A program made the position numbers and the translations under genes. From Gemmatales bacterium (lineage in GTDB: Bacteria > Planctomycetota > Planctomycetia > Gemmatales > HRBIN36): a stretch of 64,000 nucleotides of DNA. Positions 1 to 10,600 of this stretch are shown here, piece by piece. The number at the start of each line of letters is the position of its first letter. The stretch's first letter is position 1. The DNA lies in NCBI GenBank assembly GCA_041640595.1, contig JBEPZY010000003.1, positions 316,242-380,241 of the forward strand. Reading direction: 5' to 3'. Below the pieces are notes generated by a model, which worked only from the letters and a program-made list of their open reading frames with translations, ran no database searches and was not told the DNA's origin.

Positions 1-20
1 CTGACGCCCGCCCCTCCTAG
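1..20. repeat. Partial copy of the REP-like hairpin repeat (cut by the window edge)
   Basis: ctgacgcccgcccctcct matches the 3' half of the family consensus ccacggcgggctgacgcccgccgctcct. Confidence 0.6.
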
Positions 21-328
21 TATCGGCGTGAAAATCGCCGAAATGTGCCGTATCGCGGTTGCAGATGCGGTTCTCATAGTCGCGGGGCGCCGGGGTTTTG
101 CGGTGGCCCCACGATCCCGTGCCGGTTGGAAGGTGGTCTTGGAAGAAGCCTACCTTCGCTCGCACAGACGCTGGCACAGGATCCCCGGCGCCCGCGGGCA
201 TGGTCTAGACGGCCAGTGAATACACACCGGCGGTCGGGCGCTTAGAGCGATATTTCATAGCGCCAGCCGATACTCGCCGGCAGCGAATCCGCCGCGTAGC
301 GCTCTCAGCGACAGATGCGGGGAAGAAA

Positions 329-1411
329 TTACGTCGTAGTCTCGAAGTCCAGCAGGTTGATTAGACCGGTGTTGCCGAAGCCAGGGGCGAGACCGTTGAA
401 CGTGTCGCCGACGTTGTGAGCGCCGCCGTCCGCATTCAAACCACCGAGGAAGTCGGAGCCGCTGACAGTAACCGTATCGTCGCCATCGCCGGTCGAAACC
501 GAGGAAGTGAGTGTGAAGTCGCTGTCGGTGATGTTCACGGTGTCGTCGCCGGTACCGGCGGTTACATTGACGCTCACCGCGGTCACGCCATCACCGGCCA
601 GGCCAACATCCACGGTGTTAGTGCCGTCGCCGGCCAGGACAAACAGCCGCTTGAAATCGCTACCAGCCAATGTGATGACATCGTCACCGCCGCCGGTGCT
701 GATGCGGGTAATGTTCCCGTCCACGTCGCTGTCTGTAATGTTGATGACGTTATCGCCGTCGTTGGCGGCAATCAGCAGGTTCTTCGCAATCGTGGCATTG
801 GTAAGGTCAATTGTGTCGTTATCGGCTCCAGTGGTGATGCTGACGTTACCACCAACGCCGAAGGTCTGTCCATCGACGTTGTTGTCACCGTCGCCGAGCG
901 TGGCGGTGAAGTTTCCTTTCAGGAAAGTGGGAATGCCTCCAGGCGTCGTATCAATGTCCACAGTGTCGTTGCCGGCACCCGCGCGGATGGTCGTGGTGCC
1001 CCTGACGAAGAGGTTTTCCAGACCGACGGTGTTGTTGCCGTCGCCCAGGTCAATGCGCAGGTTGCCGAGGATGGCCAGACTTCTACTTCCGCCATCCCCA
1101 GGGTTATCGCCGAGGACGATAGTGTCGTCGCCGCCGCGCAGATTGATGAAGACGGACTTGCCCGTGCCCAGAGAGAAGACAAGGGCAGTCGAGGAGCCAT
1201 TGATGGTCGTCCCAGCGCCCTCGATCCGAATCGCGTTAGCGCCGACGTTCCAGAGGGCCAGGACGTTGTTGTTGGCGTCGCCGATGATGTACAGGTTGCC
1301 TCCGGAGAGGTACGCCTGGACATTGCCAGTACCGCCCCCGATCGGGCCGACGTTGGGCGTGGTGCGGGATTCGAGAGCTTCGAGACGGAGCAGAGTACGG
1401 TTGCTGTGCAT
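329..1411 (-). CDS. Planctomycete extracellular protein with LEPR-XLL-like N-terminal motif and Gly/Asp-rich beta-helix repeats
   Basis: LRLEALESRTTP motif and GxGDDT repeats. Start moved to ATG 1411, which has a GGAGGT RBS; the ORF-track extension to 1642 runs into a REP. Confidence 0.85.
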   Translation of the reverse strand: MHSNRTLLRLEALESRTTPNVGPIGGGTGNVQAYLSGGNLYIIGDANNNVLALWNVGANAIRIEGAGTTINGSSTALVFSLGTGKSVFINLRGGDDTIVLGDNPGDGGSRSLAILGNLRIDLGDGNNTVGLENLFVRGTTTIRAGAGNDTVDIDTTPGGIPTFLKGNFTATLGDGDNNVDGQTFGVGGNVSITTGADNDTIDLTNATIAKNLLIAANDGDNVINITDSDVDGNITRISTGGGDDVITLAGSDFKRLFVLAGDGTNTVDVGLAGDGVTAVSVNVTAGTGDDTVNITDSDFTLTSSVSTGDGDDTVTVSGSDFLGGLNADGGAHNVGDTFNGLAPGFGNTGLINLLDFETTT

Positions 1412-1621
1412 GGTCCTCAGACCTCCTGTTGGGAGCTGCCGCAGCACAAATCCGGTGTGAGCGTACCGCACGCTCAAGGGGAAAGTCGCACCGGATTCGG
1501 GCGGACGAGCTCCAGACCCACGATGCATTCGACCGTCCGCGGCGACGCAAGACCGTAAGCGTCCCAGTGGACGGATGGTTCGCGAAATCCGGTAATGGTT
1601 ATCCTCGCTCAGTTCGTCTTG

Positions 1622-1742
1622 AGCCACGGCGGGCTGACGCACGCCGTTCTTCGTTGGTCAGTCGGTTGTCGCGTGTGTGTGAGCGATTGCCGTTGCCGAT
1701 GCGGTTGTGAGCCACGGGGGCTGACGCCCGCCGCTCTTGGTT
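1622..1742. repeat. Two REP-like hairpin copies
   Basis: agccacggcgggctgacgcacgccgttctt and agccacgggggctgacgcccgccgctcttgg. Confidence 0.8.
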
Positions 1743-1784
1743 GGATTGACGCGCGCCCCTCTTGCGTGGTGCGGGGAAGTTCTT

Positions 1785-2825
1785 TTACGGGAAGAAGCGT
1801 TCGAGCTGTACCAGTCCGGTGTTGCTGCCCAGGTCCACGAAAGTGTCCGCTCCGAGTCCGCCATCCGCAATCATGCCCAGCTGGAAGTCGTTGAAGGCGA
1901 ACTCGAGGGAATCGTTGCCCTCGCCCAGGTCCAAGATGACGCGGGCGTTGAAGAAGTTGAAATCACGCAGTCGGACGAAGTCGGCTCCGCGTCCGGTACT
2001 GATGGTGGTCTCACCGGCGACCTGGGTGTTTCCGATAGTAACGGTGTCATTGTCGGCACTGAAGAATCCCGGCGGCTGGGCTGTATTGATGCGCAGGGAG
2101 AAATCGAACTGCCCGCGAGCAATTTGCACGAAGTCGCTGCCGGCACTGCCACTGATAAACGCCTGACCCCGGACTTCGAGCTGGTTGAGGATGATCATAT
2201 CGCTGCCATCACCGAGGTCGGCAAAAAAGTCCCCGCCAACGACGCTGCTGAGGATGCGAACCTGGTCATTTTGCTGGGCGGTGGTGAACATCAACGAACC
2301 GCGAATGACAGTGTTCTGGATGGTGAGAATGTCAAATCCCTGCCCGGTCAGAATGGTGACGTTGCGGTCAAACTGGAGCGTTGTCGCCGGGGCCCGAAGC
2401 AAGACGGTGTCGTTCTGGTTGCCGGTGTCAATGAAGAAGTGGTTGTGGGCAATGATGTCCTCGATCAGGACACTATCGTTGCCGGTACCGGTGTTGATGA
2501 AAACCGGGGCGTTGAAGACGACCAGCCCGCCGCCGGGCGAGATTTGCAGGACGTCGTCGCCGCCACGCAGGTCAATGCTGATTTTGCTGACGCCGCCGGT
2601 GATGATGGTGATGGTGCTGAGGTGGCCATTGATTTGCGTGGAAGTGTCGCCCGGTCGGATGATCAAACTAAAGGGATTGGGTTGAACGATCTGGATGCGG
2701 TTGCCGGCGTTGTCACCGATGACATTGAGTACGCCGCTGTTGACATTAACCATAACATTGCCAGCGGGAACAGAGCGGGATTCGAGAAATTCCAGATGAA
2801 GGCGTGTGGAAAGAGATTGCGGCAT
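1785..2825 (-). CDS. Planctomycete extracellular LEPR-XLL-like beta-helix protein (paralog of 329-1411)
   Basis: LHLEFLESRSVPAGNV, LRGGDD and GxGND repeats; AGGAG RBS. Confidence 0.85.
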   Translation of the reverse strand: MPQSLSTRLHLEFLESRSVPAGNVMVNVNSGVLNVIGDNAGNRIQIVQPNPFSLIIRPGDTSTQINGHLSTITIITGGVSKISIDLRGGDDVLQISPGGGLVVFNAPVFINTGTGNDSVLIEDIIAHNHFFIDTGNQNDTVLLRAPATTLQFDRNVTILTGQGFDILTIQNTVIRGSLMFTTAQQNDQVRILSSVVGGDFFADLGDGSDMIILNQLEVRGQAFISGSAGSDFVQIARGQFDFSLRINTAQPPGFFSADNDTVTIGNTQVAGETTISTGRGADFVRLRDFNFFNARVILDLGEGNDSLEFAFNDFQLGMIADGGLGADTFVDLGSNTGLVQLERFFP

Positions 2826-3426
2826 GGGTGCAGCTTCTCCTGTTGCAGCGTCTATGGCGGTTCGGCCAAGCCGTGGACGATGACCTGGTTCTTAGAGCGC
2901 ATGCAGGGTGCCCAGGCAGTCCGTTCCCGCAAGGGTGTCGGGGCACGGCTCCGAGCCGGGCGAGTCCCTGTTCGGCCCGATACCAAGCCGAATTGCACCC
3001 CGCACTCTTCCCGTCCTGGCGATGGCATTGATGATAGCAAAAGCAAAAACCGTGTCAAGTGCAAAACACAAAAATTTTGCGGAGATAGCGCAAAATGCAC
3101 AAACCGATGCAACCACCGGTTGTAAAACGGCTTGCGGTGAACGTTGCGAGAAGCCCTTATTGGGAAACGGCATAACCGCGAGAAAATATGTCTTTTGTTC
3201 GGGTCGGATCGGGTTGGCAATCGGCTGAAAACTTCGAGTCTGCGAGTAAAAACAGCCAGAGGCAGGCGCAGCTGAATACAGCTGCGCAGCGGAACTGCGG
3301 ACGGGATAATTTTTGGATGGGCTGGAAGGATTCACCCGCCAGCGCAAAGGTCAACCGCAAGCAATCCGCGGGGTGAGACGAACAGGACGCGCTAATTTCG
3401 TAAAGGATGTAAAGCAGTGAAAACGG

Positions 3427-4488
3427 TTAGTTCAGCTGGATGTCGCGGAGTTGTTCCCGGAGATAACGTGCGCGAGCCAGGTTCCGCTGTTCGGACTCCA
3501 TTTCCTCACCGTGGAGCTTTTGCAGGTGGGCAGGCTGAGTGTGCAGGAGTAACTCATTGACCCGCTGCAGGCTCAGGTCGTCAATCAGCTGCAGAGCGAC
3601 TCCCAGCCGGACGTTGGAGAGTAAGTCCAGGGTCTCCTCGGAACTCATCATGACGGCCGAGCGAAGTGTGCCCAGAGCGCGATGAATGCGGTCCTGCATC
3701 ACGGAACGCATCTCGCGTAACAGAGCCCGGCGAGCCTGCCGCTCGTACTTGACAATCGCCGGCACCGTCTCGCGGATGGCCTGGAGGATGTCCTGCTCAC
3801 TGCGGCCGAGTGTAACCTGATTGGAAATCTGGTAAAAGTCGCCGCTGGCCCGTGTGCCTTCACCATACAGTCCACGCACAACCAGGTTCATCTTCTGCAG
3901 AGCGCGGAAGACTTTTTCCAGTTGTTTGGTCAATCCGAGGGCGGGCAAATGCAAAAGCACGCTGGCCCGCATACCCGTACCGACATTGGTCGGGCAGGCA
4001 GTCAGGTAACCGAATTCATCGCTGAAAGCGTAGCAGACGCGCTCACCCAGTGCGTCATCGAGTCGGTCCATCTCCTGCCAGGCTTCGTCAAGCTGGAAAC
4101 CGGAGCGGATGACCTGAAGGCGGAGATGGTCTTCCTCGTTGACCATAATGGCGGCGGCTTCGGTTTCGCCGATGGCTACACCGCGGTGACCGTTGGCGTT
4201 GGCATGTTCCCGGCTGATGAGCTGGCGTTCCACCAGAAACTGGCGGTCGAGCTCAGGGAGCTTGTGAACCGCGAAGTAGGTGAACTGCCAGACGGGATCA
4301 AGCTGCTGGATACGTTCGCGGAGCAGGCTTTCGATCTCGCCTCGCTGTAATGGGCTGGCGCGATTGGGGAAAGGATAATCGGCGAGATTGCGCGCCAGGC
4401 GAATCCGCGTGGAAACAACAATATCCGCCTCGGGGCCGACTCCCCGTAACCATTCTCCGGTACGCAGCAAAAGGTCGTTGAGAGTCAT
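3427..4488 (-). CDS. mcsB: Protein-arginine kinase McsB
   Basis: VVSTRIRLARN, NEEDHLR and CPTNVGTG phosphagen-kinase motifs; start MTLNDLL overlaps the mcsA stop. Confidence 0.93.
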   Translation of the reverse strand: MTLNDLLLRTGEWLRGVGPEADIVVSTRIRLARNLADYPFPNRASPLQRGEIESLLRERIQQLDPVWQFTYFAVHKLPELDRQFLVERQLISREHANANGHRGVAIGETEAAAIMVNEEDHLRLQVIRSGFQLDEAWQEMDRLDDALGERVCYAFSDEFGYLTACPTNVGTGMRASVLLHLPALGLTKQLEKVFRALQKMNLVVRGLYGEGTRASGDFYQISNQVTLGRSEQDILQAIRETVPAIVKYERQARRALLREMRSVMQDRIHRALGTLRSAVMMSSEETLDLLSNVRLGVALQLIDDLSLQRVNELLLHTQPAHLQKLHGEEMESEQRNLARARYLREQLRDIQLN

Positions 4489-4976
4489 TGTTGGAATCCG
4501 TGGCGACGTAACCAGTCCCGCAAATGTGCAGCGCGTTCGTAATCTTCGTCCAGCACGGCCTGGTTCAGTTGCTGGCGAGCGGTGAGGACCTGGCAAAGCC
4601 GTTCCTGGTCTTCCGGACGTCTGGTGGGCACCTTGCCGCGATGGCTCGTCCGTCGGTGCAGCCGTTCCAGCAACGGGAGCAATCCCTTGCGGAAGGCCAG
4701 GTAATCGTAGGGGCAACCGAGCCGGCCCTGGTGGCGAAATTCCATAAAGCCTATGCCACAGGCCGGGCATCGCAGCCGCGCCAGTTCCTCCACGATCGGC
4801 CCGACATGGGCTCCCAGTAAAGTCTGCACGATGGCGGGCAAGTGAAGCTGCTTTTTCTTGAGCACCTGCATTTTTTCCGCACAGGCCGGGCACAGGTGGA
4901 GTTCTTTCTTGACCCCGCCCGGCTCGACGTTGGTCAGGTGCACGGTAGCAGTTTGCTCACAGTAAAAGCATTTCAT
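4485..4976 (-). CDS. mcsA: McsA-like activator (CxxC pairs plus UVR domain)
   Basis: MKCFYC..HLCPAC..CPACG..GRLGCPYDY..EDYERAAHLRD. Confidence 0.88.
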   Translation of the reverse strand: MKCFYCEQTATVHLTNVEPGGVKKELHLCPACAEKMQVLKKKQLHLPAIVQTLLGAHVGPIVEELARLRCPACGIGFMEFRHQGRLGCPYDYLAFRKGLLPLLERLHRRTSHRGKVPTRRPEDQERLCQVLTARQQLNQAVLDEDYERAAHLRDWLRRHGFQQ

Positions 4977-5112
4977 GCCAGGATCGCCTGTCGGCAGGCA
5001 CAGCAGCCAGGCCCGAAAACCACCGGGCTGATGCCCGACATTTCCTGTATTCGAGGCAGACCGTAAAGGCCCCAGAGCCCAATCGGGGCCAGACCGACGC
5101 CAGCCGGTGCGG

Positions 5113-5589
5113 TTAGCCTCCCAGTTCGCGGATACGGTCGCGCAAGCGAGCGGCTTCTTCGTAGCGTTCGGCGTTGATGAGTTCCTGAAGTTCGCGGCGC
5201 AATCGAGCAATTTCTTGCCGGAGTTGTCGGGCTTTGTCTTGCCGGGCCGGCATCTTGCCGGTGTGTTTCAGGTCGCCGTGGATGCTCTCCAGAAGCGGTT
5301 GCAATTGTTCGCGAAAATGCTCGTAATCGCTGGGGCAGCCCAGCCGGCCGGTGTTGCGGAAATCTTTCAGCGTTATGCCACACTCCGGGCAGCGCACCTG
5401 TTCCCATACTTCGAGCAATTGCCCTTCGACGCTGGAGCTAAAACCAGCCGGCATCTGCGTGCCAGGGATCGGCTGGGCAAGATATTCCTGGCCGTGCTCC
5501 TCACACAGGTGCACTTCCTCGATCCGGCCCTGATCGAGTATCTCCGTGATGTGAAACACCGCCCGTTTGTTACAGCGATCACATTTCAT
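5113..5589 (-). CDS. mcsA: McsA-like activator, second paralog
   Basis: MKCDRC..HLCEEH..CPECG..GRLGCPSDY..ERYEEAARLRDRI. Confidence 0.88.
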   Translation of the reverse strand: MKCDRCNKRAVFHITEILDQGRIEEVHLCEEHGQEYLAQPIPGTQMPAGFSSSVEGQLLEVWEQVRCPECGITLKDFRNTGRLGCPSDYEHFREQLQPLLESIHGDLKHTGKMPARQDKARQLRQEIARLRRELQELINAERYEEAARLRDRIRELGG

Positions 5590-5709
5590 GGCTGACTGCC
5601 GCCAATGCTGTTGAGAACCGCCATCGCCCGTTGGGCTTGATTCAGGCCGTCCGTTGGCATTGTAACAGCCATCGGCTGCCTGTCAAGCAAACCCGCCAGA
5701 CCAGGACGT

Positions 5710-5949
5710 TCACGGTGGATCATACCCGCCCGGCGACCAGGGATGGCAGCGTAAAATCCGCCAGCTCCCTTTCAAGACGCCCCGCCACACCCCGTATTTG
5801 CGAACCGCCAGCACCATGTATTCACTGCAACTGGGCTGAAACCGACAGCACGGCCCAAACAGCAACAGCAGCACCGGCCGCAACGTCCACCGGTAGGCAT
5901 ACACCAGGCCCACCACGATCATTTCCCCCAGGCGGCTCAGCCACGCCAT
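5710..5949 (-). CDS. yidD: Membrane protein insertion efficiency factor YidD
   Basis: [25 protein letters not shown] signature. Confidence 0.9.
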   Translation of the reverse strand: MAWLSRLGEMIVVGLVYAYRWTLRPVLLLLFGPCCRFQPSCSEYMVLAVRKYGVWRGVLKGSWRILRCHPWSPGGYDPP

Positions 5950-6285
5950 GAATTCTCCACCCTCGCAAATCGAACCGGCCCACCGATAACCGGCACCTCT
6001 GTCGCTCCGCCACAAGGATTCTACGCCGCCGATGCCCGAACCATGTTCGATCGGCACATTGCTAACGTTGGGCTATTTTGATGGAATGCGTGTTCCCCGT
6101 TCTTCCAAACGAACCATGCTTGACCTGCACATCTCAATGTCTGGGCTAAAGGGCGCCCACGCAAATGCGTGTTCTTCCAAGCGAGCCATGTCCGATCGGC
6201 ACATGGTTGCCGTGTGGATGACGGTTATTTTCGCCGGCTCGACGTCCGGAAAGGCCGGACCGCAAGCGCGATCATCCCCACACAG

Positions 6286-6582
6286 GATCGCCACCACATC
6301 TGGGAATTTGCGAGTAGCCCAGTGTGGTCGTATCGCCGGGTTGCAATCTCACCGATTCGCTGCGCGTCTGGGGAGCTGCCAGCAGCCTGTTGTGATCGCG
6401 TGGTCAGGTTTCCATCCGATCTGATCGGCGCCGCGTCTGGTGCTGGGCAAAACGCCATTACTATCAGCACGCAGGTTCCATCCGACTGATCGGCGCGGTG
6501 TCTGGGAATCTGGCAATGCCCGGCTACAATGGCAGCAGTGATGGCTCCGATAGCAGGAGCGGATTGGCCGCGAGGGTCTGGC
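6286..6582. repeat. Degenerate intergenic direct-repeat series (~65-76 bp period)
   Basis: gat(c/t)..gc..(g/a)tctgg core with tctgg at 6299, 6367, 6436, 6501 and 6577. Confidence 0.45.
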
Positions 6583-6599
6583 ATTCCAAGGAGTAAGCC

Positions 6600-7550
6600 A
6601 TGCGACTATGCCGTTATCAGCACGCCGGCCGGGTTCGTGTGGGTCTGTACAGCGAGCAAGGTGTGGTGGACCTGCAAACAGCGGCGGAGCATTGCGGTCT
6701 GAAACTTCGCGTGGAGACGGACGATCTGCTGACCTGGCTGCCACCGGAAGGCCCTGGCTTCGCCACCGCCGCAACCGTTGCCGCAGAGTGGGCCAAACTG
6801 CCTCCCAACCAGCAGGAGCGTCTTCGCCTGCCGCTGCGGGAAATCAAACTCCTGGTACCCGTGCCACGCCCGAATAAAGTGATCCTGCTGGCGGGCAACT
6901 ACGCCGAACATGTCGTCGAAGGCGGCGGTCAGGCTCCCGAACGACGCGACACCTTCCCATACTTCTTCTGGAAACCGCCCAGCACGACGCTGATTGCCAC
7001 CGGTGAGCCGATCCTGCTGCCCAAAGTTTCTCCCGACCATGTGGACTGGGAAATCGAGTTAGGCGTGGTGATCGGCAAGCGGTGTCGGCATGTCTCCGAA
7101 TCGGAAGCGCTGGCATACGTGGCCGGCTACACGATTTGCAATGATGTTTCCGACCGACGGTTCCGCCTCAATCCCCAGCGCAAACCACGCGAGAAGGATA
7201 GCTTTTTCGACTGGCTGCACGGCAAGTGGCACGATACGTTTCTGCCGTGTGGGCCGTGCATTCGCTCTGCCCATGTTACGCCCGACCCGCAAAAATTACG
7301 CCTGCGTCTGCGTGTCAATGGCCAGACCATGCAGGACGCCTGCACCGGTCAGATGATTTTTCCGGTCGCGTCGCTGATTGCCACTTTGTCCAGTTTCATG
7401 ACACTGGAGCCGGGCGACATCATATCTACCGGCACGCCGGCCGGTGTCGGTGCTGCTCGCAAACCCCCGGTATTTCTGCGAGCCGGCGACATCGTCGAAT
7501 GCGAAATCGAAGGCATCGGCCTGCTGCGCAACTCCGTCTCCCGCGAATAA
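6600..7550 (+). CDS. Fumarylacetoacetate hydrolase family protein
   Basis: GNYAEH, DWEIELGVVIG, NDVSDR, GKWHDTF, PGDIISTGTPAGVG. Confidence 0.92.
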   Translation: MRLCRYQHAGRVRVGLYSEQGVVDLQTAAEHCGLKLRVETDDLLTWLPPEGPGFATAATVAAEWAKLPPNQQERLRLPLREIKLLVPVPRPNKVILLAGNYAEHVVEGGGQAPERRDTFPYFFWKPPSTTLIATGEPILLPKVSPDHVDWEIELGVVIGKRCRHVSESEALAYVAGYTICNDVSDRRFRLNPQRKPREKDSFFDWLHGKWHDTFLPCGPCIRSAHVTPDPQKLRLRLRVNGQTMQDACTGQMIFPVASLIATLSSFMTLEPGDIISTGTPAGVGAARKPPVFLRAGDIVECEIEGIGLLRNSVSRE

Positions 7551-7580
7551 CGGCCACCACGCCGCGACAACCGCCTGACA

Positions 7581-7613
7581 ACCAGGACCGGCCGGCGTAA
7601 GCCCGCTGCGGTT
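7581..7613. repeat. Degenerate REP-like hairpin between convergent genes
   Basis: accaggaccggccggcgtaagcccgctgcggtt resembles accaggagcggcgggcgtaagcccgccgtggtt. Confidence 0.65.
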
Positions 7614-7622
7614 GGACTGTTT

Positions 7623-10600
7623 CTACATCTCTACTGGTGCAGTGAGTTTGCACTTCTTCAGGTCAACACGCCATGTCCGGGTTTCGAGAGCGTCATCAGG
7701 AATTGTGTCATACCGCGTGATACGGACTCGGCTGGGATCCCTCTCTGCCAGGTGCTCAACGTTCCAAAGTTCCCAGCGGTATTCTTGCTGACCTAAATAC
7801 TCCTTATACTCCGGTTGCGTGAGTTCCACGATTGTTGCGCGACCGCTATGCGCCTTGACTTCAACACGAAGTTCCTGGCCGTTCTTCGTTGCTCGAAGGT
7901 CAAAACCGGGATTCTCTAGGGGCATTTCCTCGACTTGATAGCCCATTTTCTCCAGTTGGCGCTTCACAATGATTCTGCCCGCCTTTTCCAACTCGGCCTT
8001 GTCTGCATCCGTCAGCGAACGGCCTCCCGACCACGTTCCCACCGCTCCAGTACCGCCACCACCGATGTCGGCGCTTTCGCCGTGTGGGCTGACAAAATCA
8101 TAGTTAGTCTTGGTTGGATCTTTCAGACGCAGTGGTTGCTCATCTCTCTCCTGTGGTTCCGCTTCTGAACGGCTCTCCACCGAAGTGTCGCCCGCTTGCC
8201 TTATGGAGGCTTGTTCCCGGTAATGCCCCTGGGTGTCGTCACCCACAGGCGTTTGTGACGTCCCGCTCTCTTGCTGGCCCTCTATCTGCGTCTGGGGACT
8301 CTCATCTTGTTCCTCCTGATCGGACTGTCGTGAGTACTCACGGAGGCACTTGTCTATTTCGGCATCCGCCATACCTTCACTCAGAAGCTTCTCTTTTCGC
8401 TGACGGTCATCAGCACAGCGAAGAAGATTCTCGTAGAAATCCGCCTCTTTCCGTACATCAAGTGCTTTCGTCAGCGCCCGCGCCAACTCAGCCTCGTTCT
8501 GGCGGTCTTTATGCAGGTAGATTGTGTCGCCCTCAACGTGCCAGCGTCGTTCGACCTCGTGATGCACGCCAGCCAAAGACAGCCTCGCTTTCAGGGTGGG
8601 CACGACCAGCACCTTCAAACGCTTCAGGCGAGCTGATAACCGTTCGGCGCTCTCCTGCTTGATCTCCGAGGACCTCCAGGCATACACATAAGGCAAAGAC
8701 CTCGTGAACTTATCTTTCAGGTCGCCTGACAACTGCGACTGCGGTTCCCCTGGTATGACATCCACGTTGACAGACTGCAATAGAGACAGAACACCGAAGT
8801 ATTTCACGGCATCAGAGTGCAGTCGCGCAGGGATATGAAAGAGCCAGACGTCCTCAGCAAATGCTGTCGCAAGGCCGTTATCATCGTTCAGGTATCTTGG
8901 TTCGTTAGATACGTATTTCCAGTCGTTGCCCTTTCGGCAAAGGAGGGGGCAAGATTTGAAATCCTCATCTTTGATGTCCTCCTTTTCTGCTACAGTCTCC
9001 AGGCACGCCTCATACCATTTCATGACTTTGTACCGAAGCTCTTCGTCAGACGCAAGGCGTTCGGCAGGGGCCTTACCGGGGATGCGCGTGGACAGGAGTT
9101 GCTTCCATTCTTCTACAGTCAGTTGTTCCATTCGCGTGCGAAGGCCGACGGCACTGACAAGCCAGTCGCGGACAACCTCCTTGTCGTCTCCGAAAGCCTC
9201 AAGGTTAACGACGGGCAGAAGATCCCCTATGGCGCGTTCGGTTCGCCCATCGGGCAGCCAGCAATCAATAAGGGCTGCCGATGCTGACCCGCTTCTCGTC
9301 CTCGGTCGAACCATGTATAAGATTTGGAACCACCAGAATGCACGAACAGACTGTTCCCGGTGGTAGTAGTAGAACCATGTCACTTTCGCTTGGGATCGCA
9401 CCTTGTAGTAATCATCCCAGTGCTTTGCAAGCAACGTGAGTAAGGCGCAGACTTGAGTGTCGTTGAGCTTTTCAATAGTGACGGCTTCAAGACGACCAAC
9501 GGCGTCCACGGTCGGGGTGCGCCAGCCTGTGTCTGGGAAAGTCTTTCGCCATCCACCGCACTCGACGGGCAATTGGTTCGCAGGAATTCCGTTTCCGTTG
9601 GACCCACAATTTTTTACGACACGCGGATAAGCGGCGCACCCGAGCCATTCGAGAACTGGGAGCTCTCTTTCCGCATCGCCGCTTATGCACTGCACCCAAG
9701 CAATGCCATCTTGGCCTTCATATAGCGCCTCAACTAGGTCGTTGTTCCATTCGATCCCGAAATAAGCCTTCTCAGCCTCGGCCCAAGTTCCACCTCTGAC
9801 GGGCACGGGACACCGCCTCAGCTCTGCGGAAGGGAGCGTCGTCTCGTGCCAATCTTGCTGCAGGATGAAACGCAGGAATTGCCCCGGGTCGCCCTGTTTG
9901 TCCTTCCAGTACTGGTCAATCGCTTTGCCAACGGCGCGCTGGACAACATCTGCGCCCGGTTCTTTGATCTCCAACTCCTCGCTCACTCTCTTGACCGTGG
10001 ACTTTTCCTTGGCCTCCTTTTGGATGCGATCGCGGAACCAGTCGTCCACGAAGGTCAGCGGCAACCAATCGGGCAGGTTCCCCACCCCAGCATTCGGTTT
10101 CCAGGTCACGATACGCCCTGCAAGGTCTGAAACCTTCAACAAACTGCCATCAATAGGCACTATGGGCAGCGCTTTCACGCTCTCGATTCGCTTCCGGTGT
10201 TCCTCGCTGTAAGGCGGCTTGCTGGCTACCCAATCCGCAAGCCATTCCCAGCAAGCCCACACCAAACCTGGGTTGGTGGCGAGTGAAACCGCGTTTTGAG
10301 CGATGACCTCCATCAGGTCTCGATCGTGGATCTCCTTACAATCCAACGCCCTGAGTGCGTTCCGTGCTTCTTGGTCCGTGTCGAACGAACAATGCAACAA
10401 TTGCCCTCCAAAGCTCGTAGCTTCGAGCAAGGTGCGCGCCAGGTCATGGCGGACGGTGACCGAAATTAATCTCGCCTCGCCAAGAGTCAGGCGCTGCTGA
10501 CCTTCGATGTCTGCGAGTCGCAGGTCTGTCTTTGCCTTTTCAGCTATGCGTTGCCAGAGGGCATTGGCGACGGGATGAGACTCTCTGTCCTGGAAAGGTA

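Noticed and set aside
2826..3030. c-di-GMP riboswitch upstream of the LEPR-XLL-like genes
   Set aside because: Only short fragments resemble the consensus; the core motifs could not be placed.
416..3125. Long plus-strand ORFs 416-1558, 507-1460 and 1737-3125
   Set aside because: Antisense shadows of the LEPR-XLL-like genes in GC-rich DNA.
4489..5210. N-terminal extensions of mcsB (to 4893) and mcsA (to 5210) in the ORF track
   Set aside because: They overlap the upstream genes. Family-typical starts are at 4488 and 4976.
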